In this document: in pieces, positions 1 to 14,429 of the stretch
Layout: each line of letters begins with the position of its first letter
Numbering within the stretch: the stretch's first letter is position 1
From: Octopus vulgaris
Lineage: Eukaryota
Assembly: GCA_951406725.2 (NCBI GenBank)
Contig: OX597823.1
Span: forward strand, 56,606,001-56,670,000
Direction of reading: 5' to 3'
Length of the DNA stretch: 64,000 nucleotides
The notes under the pieces: generated by a model
What the model was told of the DNA's origin: nothing
Databases searched by the model: none
What the model saw: the letters and a program-made list of their open reading frames with translations, nothing else
Position numbers and translations under genes: made by a program

Positions 1-526
<526 letters not shown>

Positions 527-580
<54 letters not shown>

Positions 581-1330
581 ATGTATGTATAACACACAGA
601 GAAATATACGCACATATGATTACATATATACTTATATTAACATATATGTATATATATGTACATATATATTCATATATACATACACAAACAAAAGTACATA
701 TATGAAAGCATATATATATATATATATATATACACATAGATGTACATACATATACGTACTTATATATATTTATGTATGTTCCTATGCATTCATCTCTGTA
801 CAACAACCATGCTTTTAGTGACTGGAACATCCTTTCTCAGAGAAGTAGGAATCTTTAGCGGCAATTATCCTTACAAAACACTTGAAATATAAAATGATAA
901 ATCCTATACGTTTAGAAGTGTTGTAACAACTGCGTTCATGTAAATGTTGGTAGTGAAGCGGTGTGTGTGAGTGTGTGCGTATGTGTGAGTGTGTGTGTGT
1001 GTGGGGGGGTTGATGATTGTTGTACGCTCTACATTGTTAGTAGTCACAAAATTGTTGAGATGTTCGGACAGTAAGTCAAAAAATTGTTATTCATATATAA
1101 ATGCATTTATGCGTGCATACATACATACATACATACATACATACATACATACATACATACATACATACATACATACATACATACATACATACATACATAC
1201 GTACATACGTACATACATATATACATACATACATACATATTTGCCTATGTATCTATTATATATCCAGCTTATATATATATATATAAATACATACATTCAT
1301 ATACCTGTATATATGCTATGTATATATATG

Positions 1331-1408
<78 letters not shown>

Positions 1409-1606
1409 GTATATATATATATGTTTGTATATATATACACATACATACGTATATATATATATATATATATACGTACTAATATATATATATATATTTATTT
1501 ATTTAAATACATCTCTCTGTCACTCTCCGTCTATATATACTTATATATATTTATATACATATACATATATGTATGTATTTATGTATGTATGTGTGTATGT
1601 ATGTTG

Positions 1607-1637
<31 letters not shown>

Positions 1638-1910
1638 GTTATGCGCGTGTGTCTATATTTATTTACAATATGAAATTTCATTCAAATTATAATTGTTTCA
1701 TTAAAGGTTAAATATATGCACTAAAATGTTAGCACTTAATGTTAATAGAAGTACACACACATACACGCAGTTATATGTATACATACACACATGCACACAC
1801 ATACACACACTCAGACACATGTATGTGTATATATATATATATATTTGTATATATATATATGCATATATGTATGTATACGTATATATGTATACACACACGC
1901 ACACACACAT

Positions 1911-1959
<49 letters not shown>

Positions 1960-1990
1960 TTCACATATACTCATATGTATGTATGTTCGT
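527..1990. repeat. Compound microsatellite field (TA)n/(TACA)n/(CA)n with short spacers
   Basis: Direct reading. Confidence 0.9.
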
Positions 1991-2592
1991 ATTTATGCAT
2001 TTTCATATTTTTAATAGCCAACGGAAACTAAGAAATTTATATGAAAAATGATATAAGTTGAATAGCAAAATACAAAAATAAATAAAAATAAAAAATAAAT
2101 AAAAAATAGAAATGAAAAAAAAAAAATGAAATATTACAATATGAAAATATGAAAACTTTGAAGCATAATGTATAATCGTTGTGTATTCATTGAAGCACAT
2201 ACTTATAAACAGAGCCAGACATCGCTATCTTTGCGACAAATTTCCCACTCCCATTTATGTCTTAAAGTTTCTTTTGACTAAACAGAAACACAATTTAGTT
2301 TTGCAAGGGGTGGTGTATATAATCGATTAAATGAGAGTAATAGTCTACTGGTGAAGTATTGATTTCTTGGCAAGTCGATACATTGGAGACCTATCGTTTA
2401 CAAAGTTTTTTGTTTTTGTTTTTGTGTTACATTTTCCGGCGGCTAAAAAAAAAAAATGGAAGTCGATTTTTATCACCCAACATAAGGTTCATCTGCTGTT
2501 CGTAGAACGGGCTAACGAGAGAGAGCTTCTATGTGGTTGCTTGGTTTTTCAAGATATAGCAGCCAAAATCAGTCTTAAAAAGCATCGTTTTA

Positions 2593-2744
2593 GATGCAGG
2601 CATGACTGTGTGGTAAGAAGTTTTTCTTCCCTGCCACACGGTGTCGCTGCCTAGCATCCTGGGCATGCGTTTTCTACGACAACCCCGAGTCGACCAAAAC
2701 CTTGTGGGTGAATTTTGTAGACGGAAATTGAAAGAAGCTTCTCG
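2593..2744 (+). mobile_element. SINE family A, degenerate 5' half
   Basis: GCAGGCATGACTGTGTGGTAAG...GACCAAAACCTTGTGGGTGAATTTTGTAGACGGAAATTGAAAGAAG. Confidence 0.65.
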
Positions 2745-2751
2745 TATCTGC

Positions 2752-2841
<90 letters not shown>

Positions 2842-2842
2842 A

Positions 2843-3243
2843 AGTTTTGTTTAGCGAATGTTTCAAAAAAAGATGGGTGAATGTAGCAAGGATGGCACGT
2901 ATGAATAACGAAGCCAATTTGAGCATAATCCTATGAACCCGTAGAAATTTAAAAGAGTTACTTGCAAATAAATGTGTTAATATGTGACATTACTGACCGC
3001 GGTTACCGTGGTCTTTTCCATAGGCTTTTCTTTCCACGGATAAACCTTATCTGTTTCCCCTTTTACACTTTACATCATGACATTTCTGTGATACACGATC
3101 CCAGTTGATCGTTTTTTTCTTTCTTTTTACGATCCCTTTTGATCGAAAACCTACCCCACTTCTTTTCTTTCTCCCCCCCCAAAGAAAAGCTCTACTTTGT
3201 AATTTGTCCAGTCTGTGTTCAGCCCTGTGTGGCTAATAAAGAA
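2843..3243 (+). mobile_element. Probable non-LTR retrotransposon 3' end (ORF2 terminus plus 3' UTR, Tx1/L1-like)
   Basis: Frame VLFSECFKKRWVNVARMARMNNEANL, then a pyrimidine-rich UTR ending TTGTCCAGTCTGTGTTCAGCCCTGTGTGGCTAATAAAGAA; clade assignment tentative. Confidence 0.4.
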
Positions 3244-3246
3244 GTA

Positions 3247-3340
<94 letters not shown>

Positions 3341-3804
3341 CCTATCTATCTATGTGTCTGAATATGTCTATGCGAATGTATCGTTGTGTTTGTATGTATT
3401 CCCATCGTACTGCTTGAAAACAAGTGCTGGTTTATATACATCTCCGTAAATTAACGGTTCGGCAAAAGAGCCGATAGAATAAGTACCAGCAGACTTTTGG
3501 AAAAAATATGTACTACGGTTGATTCGTTCGACTAAAACTCTTCAAATCAATATTATTATCATAATAATTAGTCATTGCGTTGCAGGTAGGGCACAGAACG
3601 AAATATCTTGCAATATTTCGTTAAATTTCTTATTGTTTTGAGTTCAAATTCTGCTAGACTTCATCTTCGCCTTTCATCCTTTCTACAGAGATAGAACAAA
3701 AATCACCAGTTGGGAAACTAGAATTAAAGTTAATTGGCTAAATAAACCCACTGCAAAATAAGAGGTTTTGTTACTTTGTGACATATTTATAATAAAAAAA
3801 ATTG

Positions 3805-4162
3805 ACACTGTCGGTTACGACGATAATGATTACGGTCAATCCGATCAACGAAACAGCTTGCTAGTGAAATTCCGCCCACGATCGGATGGTTGTGATTTCG
3901 ATTCCTGGCGGCACGTTGTGTCCTTGAACAAGATGCTTTAGTTCACGTTGCTCCAGTCCACTCAGCTAGCAAAAATAAGTTGTACCTGTAATTCAAAGGG
4001 CCAGCTTTGTCACATTCTGTATAATGCTGAATCTTTCTCAGAACCATGTTAAGGGTACTTGTGTTTGTGAAGCGCTCAACCACTTGCACATTAATTTCCC
4101 GAGCAGGCTGTTCTTTCAATCGGCTCAACTGGAACCCTCATCGTCGTAACCGACAGAGTACC
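3805..4162 (+). mobile_element. SINE family D preceded by an inverted copy of its own tail (3805-3870)
   Basis: GTTGTGTCCTTGAACAAG...GTTGCTCCAGTCCACTCAGCT body; tail CTCATCGTCGTAACCGACAG versus CTGTCGGTTACGACGAT upstream. Confidence 0.65.
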
Positions 4163-4354
4163 AGTAATTACCTCGCATTATGCTGCATAGTACCTACTCT
4201 AAAAAGGACTTATCTATCCGTTGTCTTTAATACTGCTCTGGAGAGCCAACATGGGAGTTTCTAGTCTATCCCACGACCTATTATAAATAACAACACAGCC
4301 AAATCTCCCTCATACCACACCTTACAACCGTTAAAAAGAAAAGAAGGATACATC

Positions 4355-4720
4355 TGGGATGGCTGTGCGTTTAAGAAGCTCACTTTGTAACCAATAGTTT
4401 TGGGTTCAGTTCTACAGCGCGTTACATTAGGCAAGTGTCTTCTACTATAGCCCCGAGCCGACCAATGCCTTGTGAGTTATTTTGGTAGACAGAAACCCTG
4501 TTACCAGCCCATCGTTTGTAACACCTCACCCCACTGCTTGATAACCGGTGTTGGTTTATTTACATCCCTGTAATTTAGCGATTCAGCAAAAGAACCATTA
4601 GAATAAGTACCAAACTTAAAAGTAGGTACAAGGGGTGGGTGAAAAAAAAGAAGCTTTCAAGGCTGTACCCCAGCATGGCCGCAGTCTAATAAGTGAAATG
4701 AGTAAAAGATAAACGACAAA
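4355..4720 (+). mobile_element. SINE family A, diverged near-full copy
   Basis: Head TGGCTGTGCG...GGGTTCAGT, body GGCAAGTGTCTTCTACTATAGCCCCGAGCCGACC, tail CCCCAGCATGGCCGCAGTC. Confidence 0.75.
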
Positions 4721-5944
4721 AGATTAAAGATTAAAGATGAAAGATAAGGAATATTTAATTCTAGATATACAACATGTGAAAAACCGATTAGCTAGTCACG
4801 GCTGGAATGTTTTTGAACAAAGGATTTTTTTTGGGGAAATATTGGAACATATTCCATTACTGTTTTGTATGGGACCTACAAATATAGAACGACACTCGCG
4901 ACATCTTTTATGAATACTTTTCGTTCTCAGGATCTCAATGACGAGAAAGTAATCTCGTATTTGCGTGCTTATGTTGTTTCGTCTGGTTGAGAAAACTTAC
5001 GTTCATCCGGATTCCAGATTTAATCACTCCGTCTTTCATTGAGGCATTGTGTTAATATGACAACACAATCTAAAAGTGTGGTTTGAAGAAGATTTAGTTG
5101 CTATTTCTACTATGTAGCATGACTGAGTAGCGGGTCTCTTGTTGGTTGTCCTTGGTTGTCTGGGCGAGAGTGGAAGGCTAAGGAGGGAATTAGTTCTTTC
5201 TAGAAAGTACACTACGGCATAGTGCGGCGATAATATGCAGGACGACAGCGTAATATAATTCAGGTGGAGCAAAAGAGGGCTATATAGTATTGTAATATAC
5301 GTGAAGCGTCACGTACAAGGAACGAACTCACAAGGAATAAATCCGATGTGATTATCACACTCGGCTGTTGACACCTTCTTGCAATAGGGGCAACGACTTA
5401 CACTTTTAAGTGTAACGATAAAGACATTGATTGTATTTAGATATATTTTTACGATCAAAAGAACAAAGCAAAAGTTTAAGGCACTGTCAAATTAACACCA
5501 CTTGATTCTTGGCGGGAAAAGAAAATTAATACTATAAGCAGTAAAAGGAGAAGTGTAAAATTTTGTTTATCAGTGTTTGTTTCTTGTTAGGATTATTAAC
5601 TTCCTTACCAAAAAAATCACTTTCTTATTTTGGCAAAAACAAAGTGTCATTTAACGATTTTGTCTTCAATCAAGTTTGGTTGAGAAAATTTATAGCTTTC
5701 TTTTTTGGTATAAAATTACTGTTTTGTTTTGTGTATTATTATTTTTCTCTTCATTTTAGTTATTAGTTTTTATAGACGAACAATGTTATATTATATTCAG
5801 GACACAATATTCTTCTTTTATAACTATTCAATACAATAATGTTTGATAGATCCTTGGTTTATAAACTCTACGAAGTGGACAGTGTAACAGTATTAACGAT
5901 AACTATGATGATGATGGTAATGATGATATTTACGATAATATTGA

Positions 5945-6300
5945 TCTCTAACATTGGCGCAAGACTACAAATTTTTGTGGGAGGGTATAGTCTATTAAAC
6001 CGACCTTTCAACACTTGAGATTAACTTTATTTTATCGACCTCGGAAGGAAGAAAGGTAAAGCTCATTTTGGCGGAATTTGAACTCAAAACGTAAAGAGCC
6101 ATAACTATACAGTGCAATAGTTTTTATTTGACGCTCTAATGGTTTTATTAGCCACATACCTTAAATAATAACTGTTGCTAACACAAAGCGAAAAATTTAG
6201 GTGAGTATGGGTTATCGATTATATCGATCTCAGTACTTAATTTGTACTTTATTTATGGACCCAGAAAAATGAAAAGTAAATTTGACCTGAATCGGGATTT
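5945..6300 (-). mobile_element. Two degenerate SINE family B copies
   Basis: TTATTTTATCGACCTCGGAAGGAAGAAAGGTAAA...GGCGGAATTTGAACTC, as in cleaner copies. Confidence 0.55.
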
Positions 6301-7102
6301 GTTCCGAAAGGCGAATTTTTTTAATACTGAAGATGATACGATGTAGTTATGCACCAAGGCTGTAACATCGGCATGCGGTCCTTGACGATGAGCAAGTGTA
6401 GCTATCTTTGGCTAAACACGTTGTTTTCTTCATAGTTCGTTTCTTTCACTGACCTATAGTCCTTGGTCAAACGAATAGCGTGACTGGGCATGAAGTATTT
6501 GGATTATTGTCAAGCACCCATAATTCTCCACGCATCATACTATGTGATCGGTGGAATATCAATTCTTCAATTCTGTAGAGAGTTAATATCAAGTAAGATT
6601 ATGGTCAGTAGGATACTCTGGGTATTAATAAAGGTAAACTTTGTAACCTTTTCCGAGGGATTTTCATGTTGATAATTATGAACAACTTCTACTGGGGTGG
6701 GTGGGGAAGAGTTTTGCTCAAATATTCGGGCCGAGAGGAAACTATCCCTGAAGAGTCGAGTGAAGTACCTATATCGCATCCATCATCTACTACCACACGA
6801 CAGATGAAAGATCATGATCGAAGTTGCTGCAAGTCAATTTCAAGTCGCACTGTTTGCAGAAGGCGATGACTGGAAGGTGGTCAGAGCCCTTGGATAGCCT
6901 TATCCTGCCTAAATGATGGTTTCTCAATTTTCTATGAGTGATTTGGCCTTATTTGTATTAAATTTTAGGACAAAATCTTTTTAACCTACTATAATGTATT
7001 GTATAAGACTTTAGCCTGGCTTCTCACCATTTATTACAGACACACACACATACATACATACATACGAACATACATACATACATACATACATACATACATA
7101 CA

Positions 7103-7134
<32 letters not shown>

Positions 7135-7139
7135 ATACA

Positions 7140-7500
7140 ACAGCCACCAAATGAAGGCACAACCGGTCAGATACTGTTGTATGAGACAACTAGTAAAATA
7201 TATTACTGTGGAAATCAGCTGCTCCCTGGACGCCAATGTTGTTAGAAAATACAGAAGAAATAGGACACAGAGGGATCATAGATAAAGAGTTTGTAAATCC
7301 AGTACCCAAAATACACTTTCAGCTTTATGGCTGTTATTATTGGAACAGCAGGTTAGATATAAACCCGTTTGGAGCAATTCATGGCTGAACTTGGATACTT
7401 GGGGAGAGAAAGCTAGTCTTCATATGCTACAAGTGGTCAAGATGTCTGAGAATTTCTTAAGATTTAAAGGGTGATAGACAAAAGAACATGCTTTCTTTCA
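7140..7500 (+). pseudogene. Decayed restriction-like endonuclease (RLE) end of an R4/Dong-type non-LTR retrotransposon
   Basis: Patchwork translation RHNRSDTVV*D...YITVEISCSLDANV...YPKYTFSFMAVIIGTAG, resembling the RPD..(V/I)E.S RLE motifs. Confidence 0.5.
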
Positions 7501-7606
7501 CAGCTTTGCTAAAGTACAGGTGGCCGGTCATAGTTAACTCAGAATTAAGAAGAGGTAAAGGATAGATATACATATACATACATACATTCATACATATATA
7601 CATACA

Positions 7607-7678
<72 letters not shown>

Positions 7679-8787
7679 AAATGTACATATACATATATTT
7701 ATATGTATATCGATGTAATCGATGCATAGATGTACACATTTTGTAAACTTATACATACATGCAATATATACATATGCATGTATACATACACACAGATACA
7801 TATATAGATACATGTGTATATATATACACGAATATATATATATTTATACATATACATATATATATATATATATGTACATAAGACATACATACATACATAC
7901 ATACATACATACATACATACATACATACATACATAATACATACATACATTTATATCTATCGATGTATAAATTTTGTAACCCATTGGTATGACGCATTTTG
8001 CATTGTAAGGGTTTTTGTGGCCAACAAAGGACTGCTGTTGTTGTTATTATTGTTATTGTTGTTGTAATTATTATTATTTATATTTATTATTATTACTATT
8101 ATTATCATTATATTTTTTATCGTTATTTTTGTCCACATCATACTCGTCATCTTTTGCATTTCATATTTTATGATTTATTTTTTTCTAAAAAAAAAAAAAA
8201 AACCCCTTTCGTTGTCGTAGTTGGTTACTTTTGAACAATCTCGGGAGGGTTAGTAGTAGTGGGGTGAGAGATTCGAAATATAAGAATTTATCAAAGAACA
8301 GAAATCAGTTTCAGCGTACTCATGAGTATAAACTGAGAGTGGGAAGGAGGGAACGATGGAACACATGAATCTTTTGGTAAAAATTTAGTTTGTAATTGGG
8401 GATTTTAATGGAGGAAAAAGGGGAGAGAAATAGTGTTAATAAAAATAAAAATAATAATAATAATGATGAAAAAATTGACGGAAACTCATAAAAACATCAT
8501 GAAAAAAATATAGCTGTAAAAAAAAAGTTGTAAAATACTATATAGACAAAATAGGTAAATTTGACCCCGCAAAAAACATACCAAAAGAGAAAAAAAACAA
8601 AGAGCATAAACTGAAGGCAAACCCTTAATAAAAAATATTAACTCTCCTTAAATAAACCTCAGTTTATGAGTAGATGGTATATATCGTTGTGGAATATATG
8701 TATGTACGTATGTGAGCATATATGTATGAATTTACGTATATATGCATATATATGTATATAAATATATATGTATGTAATTATGTATTA

Positions 8788-8846
<59 letters not shown>

Positions 8847-9346
8847 TACATATATACATATATATATGTATGTATATATATATACATATTTATATATGTA
8901 TATATGCACGCATACGAACGTAGTGCCCACATGAACACACATACGTACATGAATGTATGTATGTATGTAAGTGTGTGTGTGTGGTGTTTGCAGGTGTGGC
9001 TTATGGTGGTTTCACAGTGTTTTGAATTGCAATTAAGCGAAAAAAAAAAAACGTACTCAAAAATGTTAGCTAGAGGCGATTAAACATTATTTTATTGCAA
9101 ACTGTGTACACGTGAATCAGTACTCTGAGATTTTCTACAGGCCGGATACCCTTCCTGTCGCCAACCCTCCCCTGTTAAGCGAAAAAAAAAAAAACGTACT
9201 CAAAAATGTTAGCTAGAGGCGATTAAACATTATTTTATTGCAAACTGTGTACACGTGAATCAGTACTCTGAGTTTGTCGTTTCTAGTCCACGCACACGCG
9301 TTACCATGACCACAACCATCACCCTCCACTTCCTCCGCCTCCTCCT

Positions 9347-9580
9347 TGTTTTAATGTCTACTTTCCCATGCTGGTGCGAGTAGGACAGAATCTGTTGTGG
9401 CAGATTTTCTACAGGCCGGATACCCTTCCTGTCGCCAACCCTCCCCTGTTTCCCGGCAAGATAATATCTCTCCATGGCCAGACATATTTTTGCAGGATAT
9501 TGGAAATGAATGATACTGCTTGTGTGACAGTGACACTTATTGATAACTATCATGTGATGCCTAGACAAGGAGACATAAAC
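9347..9580 (-). mobile_element. Non-autonomous retroposon with RTE-like segments
   Basis: Minus strand GGGTTGGCGACAGGAAGGGTATCCGGCCTGTAGAAAA and tail GCATGGGAAAGTAGACATTAAAAC, shared with 24052-24284. Confidence 0.55.
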
Positions 9581-9675
9581 ATTACCATTCATACACACTA
9601 GTATACGTAATACAAAGACACACACACTCACACAATATACACACTTACATATACATACACATGTAGATACATACA

Positions 9676-9826
9676 GCGTTACTCATTTTTGCCAGCTGAG
9701 TGGACTGGAGCAACGTGAAATGAAGTGTTTTGCTCAAGAACGCAACGCGTCGTCCGGTCCAGGAATCGAAACCACAATCTTACGATCATGATGCTGACAC
9801 CCTAACCACTAAGCCACGCGCCTCCT
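9676..9826 (-). mobile_element. SINE family D head
   Basis: Minus strand GGAGGCGCGTGGCTTAGTGGTTAGG...GGTTTCGATTCCTGGACCGG...TTCTTGAGCAAAACACTTCATTTCACGTTGCTCCAGTCCAC. Confidence 0.75.
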
Positions 9827-10490
9827 CAATAACCCACTTTGGTCGCAGTACAATGACTGAAACAAGTAAAATATCGCTTCAAGAATCAACAAAGTTTTGA
9901 TGACAAGTTACGAACGCCTGTCTTTTCCTGGTAGTCAAGAAAAAGAAGTCTAAGTAAACGAAATACCTCATAAATATATCTTTGCATTCGTCGAAATCAT
10001 TAGATCTTGTCTTACATTTAACACGCACGCAAACTTTGCTTTCTAATTTAATTGCGATCGACTTTGCGTATCGTTCGTTGTTTAATATACTTTAGTTTTA
10101 ATCGGTGAGCTTTTCTCGGAACAAAAATCCTCTTCAGCGACTGAACTGACTATAATAATTCATTGGTAATTCTTAATTATCATCAACTTAATGAGATAGC
10201 CAACATATAATGCGAATCATTAGTTTTCAACTAACAATACTTTACACTTTACTTACACTTGAATACATGGACTCGAGCATATAACATACATACACACATA
10301 CATACACATGTACATACATACATACATACATACATACATACATGCATACATACATACATACATCCATGCATATATATATACATATAAATATATATACATA
10401 CACAATATATATATATACACACACGCATATATGTATCTATATATGTATGTATACATTATACTATATACATATGTGTATGTGTGTGTGTGT

Positions 10491-10527
<37 letters not shown>

Positions 10528-10665
10528 TCTAGGTAGAGGTGGTGGTGAAATGATTGCTGTGTGTGGCATGACTGATGGGTATAGTAATCAACTAGAAATG
10601 AATAATTACTAATGGGGAGGGAATAAAGGTGGCGGGGAGGGACAATGGTAAAGATAGATAAATAA

Positions 10666-10790
<125 letters not shown>

Positions 10791-10939
10791 CAACTGAAGT
10801 GATGTGCAACAATTTACCCAGCAACCATACTTTATTAACAGAACTTGTTTCACTGACATCGCCGTGAAGCCATCTTGAAACCTTATGGTAAGGAACACGT
10901 AGCAATGTACGCACGTTTATTTATCCACGCATGCGCACA

Positions 10940-11024
<85 letters not shown>

Positions 11025-11535
11025 TATATACAAACACACGCAGACACACACAAATGCGCGCGCGCGCACACACACTCACACACACACATATATATATGTG
11101 TGTGTGTATGTATGTATACAAACACAAAATTACTCACAATACACATGTACACACAAATAAACATACGCATTTACACACTCATTCACACATACACGCATGT
11201 ACTTACACATATATAAATGCACTGGTATACACTCACACACATACACACACGCACTCACATACACGCACACGCACTCACACACGTGCGCGCGCACCCAGAA
11301 ACAGTCGCATATACTTGTCTACAGCTTTGGTCTAACGCAGATACACACACACACAGACATATACTGAAAACGCATACACATATATACAGAAATATATACA
11401 TATATGTACACACGCACATTGATTGAATTGTCACCAGTAAAAGGCTAGTAAATATTGTCGTTGCTGAAGGATTGCCAATCTGCTAGAAGTACTAATTCTT
11501 TCTTAAATTTAATCACGATTATTTAAAAAATTATT

Positions 11536-11738
11536 AGGAGCAGGAGTGGCTGTGTGGTAAGTAGCTTGCTCACCAACCACATGGTTCCGGGTTCAGTCCC
11601 ACCTTGGACCTTTGCACCTTGGACCTTTGCACCTTGGACAAGTGTCTTCTACTCTAGCCTCGGGCCGACCAAAGCCTTGTGAGTGGATCTGGTAGACAAA
11701 CTGAAAGAAGCCCGTCATGTATATGCATATATACATAC

Positions 11739-11769
<31 letters not shown>

Positions 11770-11970
11770 CTGTGTTTGCCCCCTCCCCCAACATCGCTTG
11801 ACAACAGATGGTGTTGCGTTTACGTCCCCGTAACTTGGCGGTTCGGCAAAAGAGACCTATAGAATAAGTACTAGGCTTACAAAGAATAAGTCCTGGGGTC
11901 GATTTGCTCGACTAAAGAAGGAGCTCCAGCATGGCCGCAGTCAAATGACTGAAACAAGTAAAAGAGTAAA
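11536..11970 (+). mobile_element. SINE family A, full length, with an internal 15-bp tandem duplication (11600-11640)
   Basis: Head, internal (TA)/(TG) spacer and tail GCTCCAGCATGGCCGCAGTCAAATGACTGAAACAAG. Confidence 0.85.
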
Positions 11971-12529
11971 AAAGGGGATATTGGATAAAATCTATACTAC
12001 AGATACGATAGCAACAAAAACAAAACAAAAACAACAACAACACAAAACAAAAACAAAACAAAACAAAACAAGAATAAAGTAAGTAATAATGGTTTGGATA
12101 CGTTTATTTTAGGTTTTCCTGATCGAGAAATGTCATGGGATTTCAGACAAAATTGTCGCTCTCGTGATTTGAACTCAGAATGTAAACGGACAACCTTGAT
12201 AACCATAATTGTTTGAGAGCAAAGACACACAATCTAGTTGATTTAACCGAATATATTATGTGGCTAGAGCTTATCTTATTAATTCTGAGAAGAAGAAAAA
12301 AAAAATTTTTTTACGATCCATATTTAAATTCTTAAGCGGGATTTGAACGTGGATTGTATAAAGACAATGCAAATGAATTATGTGAGGCATTGTGTCCGAG
12401 TCATTTCTGATTCAACCAATCAACTGCTCTTAATAAGAACTATTTCTAAAGAGGGGCACAATGCCAGGAATTGTGAAAAGGGGCTAATCCATTAAATCAA
12501 CTCTACTATTTGACGGATATTTTATCCCA

Positions 12530-13181
12530 TATCCGGAGAATTTGCCGTAAGAAATTGCGCCGTTCAGGAAAAATTGGCCGTAAGACAAATTCACCGTATG
12601 GACAATTTTAAAGTGTCTTATTAATTTATTCTTTTATTCTTTTACTTGTTTCAGTCATTTGACTGCGGCCATGCTGGAGCACCATCTTAAAGGGTTTTAG
12701 CTGAAGCAATTGAAACCAGGACTTATTCTTTGTAAGCTTAGTACTTATTTTATCGTTTTTTTATCGAACAACTAAGTTACATAAACGTCAACACACCAAG
12801 ATCAACGTAGACACACCAAGCGATGGTGGGAGGACAAATACACACACACACACACACACACACATAAATATATATATGTGTATATACGACAGGCGTCTTT
12901 CAGTTTCAGTCTACCAAATCCACTCACAAGGCTTTGGTCAGCCCGAGGCTATAGTAAAAGACACTTACCGAAGGTGTCACGCAGTGGGACTGAACCCGGA
13001 ACCATGTGGTTGGGAGAAAAGCAACTGATAAACGGTTTTATAAAAGCATTGAATTAGCAAGTCTTTGTTCACCGCACCGCCCCCCAAAAAACAAAAAAAA
13101 AAGAAAGTGATGAGTTCATTAACGAAACTTCTTACGGCGATTTTTTCCTACGGCAAAAAATGTTCACGGCGAAATTTCCTA
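12530..13181. mobile_element. MITE with subterminal GCCGT/ACGGC repeat arrays, interrupted by SINE A (12630-13015, minus)
   Basis: Left arm repeats TTTGCCGTAAG/GCGCCGTTC/GGCCGTAAG/CACCGTA; right arm CTTACGGCGA/CCTACGGCAA/CACGGCGAAATT in inverted orientation. Confidence 0.6.
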
Positions 13182-13379
13182 TAATCATTTCATTTTATCG
13201 ACCTAAGAAGAATGAAAGGCATTCTTTCATCAGTAGTATCTGAAGTCAACGTAAAAGCCCGTAACTAAATGCCACAGAGTATTTTATCCGAAGATCTAAG
13301 GTTTCTACTCATTCACTGCCTTAAATATAGCAAACAACTATAATGATAATTATTATATGTAAATTTAACACATGACCTG

Positions 13380-14228
13380 AAATTACATCGATCCCAGTGC
13401 TCAGCTGGTATTAATTTTATCGAACTCGAAAGGGTGAAAGGTTAAAAGATAGAGTTGACCGCGCCGGTATTTGAACTCGGAAAGCAAAGCCAGTAAATCT
13501 ACTGCTAAACATTTTGTTCGGCGTGTTAACGGTTCTGCCAGCTCGCCACTGCGTTAATGATATTAATACTTTCTACTATAGGCACAAGGCCCGAAATTTC
13601 GGAGGAAGGGGCTAAGTCGATTACATCGACCCCAGTGCTCAATTGGTACTTATTTTATCGACCCCGAAAGGATGAAAGTCGACCTCGGCGGAATTTGAAC
13701 TCAGAACGTAAAGACATACGAAATGCCGTTAAGTATTCGCCCGGCGTGCTAACGGTTCAACCAGCTCGTCGGATAATTAATAATAGTTTCAAATTTTGCC
13801 AAAAGGGCAACAGTCTTGGGGAAGGGGATGAGTCGATTACATCGACCCCAGTGTTCAACTGGTACTTATTTTATCGACCTCGAAAGGATGAAAGGTAAAG
13901 TCAACTTCGGCGGAATTTGAAATCAGAACGTAACGACGGGCCAAATACCGATAGCATTTCGTCCAGCGGGCTAACGATTCTGCCAGCTCGTCGTCTTATA
14001 GTTATATCAATATTGAATTCAAATTTTGGCACGAGTCCAGCAATTTCGAAGGGTGCAGGTAAATCGATCACACCGATGCCAGTGCTAAACTGGAACTTAA
14101 TTTATCGACCTCGAAAGGATGAAAGGCAAAGTCGACCTCGGCGAAATTTGAACTCGGAGCGTAAGGACATGCGTAATGCGGCTAAGCATTCTGCCAGGCA
14201 TGCTAACGGTTCTGTTAGCTCTCCACCT
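13380..14228 (-). mobile_element. Head-to-tail array of about four SINE family B copies
   Basis: Repeated TACATCGACCCCAGTG...TTTATCGACC(C/T)CGAAAGGATGAAAG...GAATTTGAACTC...CTAACG(G/A)TTCTGCCAGCTCG. Confidence 0.8.
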
Positions 14229-14305
14229 TATATTCATATTGGAAATAACTTCATATGCACAACAGATACTGGAATAAATATCTGTGTATATGATTCTCTC
14301 CAGAG

Positions 14306-14385
<80 letters not shown>

Positions 14386-14393
14386 GTCTGTCA

Positions 14394-14429
<36 letters not shown>

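Noticed and set aside
6748-6775. CTGAAGA as a hammerhead core
   Set aside because: No helix II followed by GAAA and no helix I partner
13380-14228. CRISPR-like regularly recurring motifs (also 32338-32937)
   Set aside because: Whole units are homologous SINE copies with no unique spacers; eukaryotic context with no cas genes
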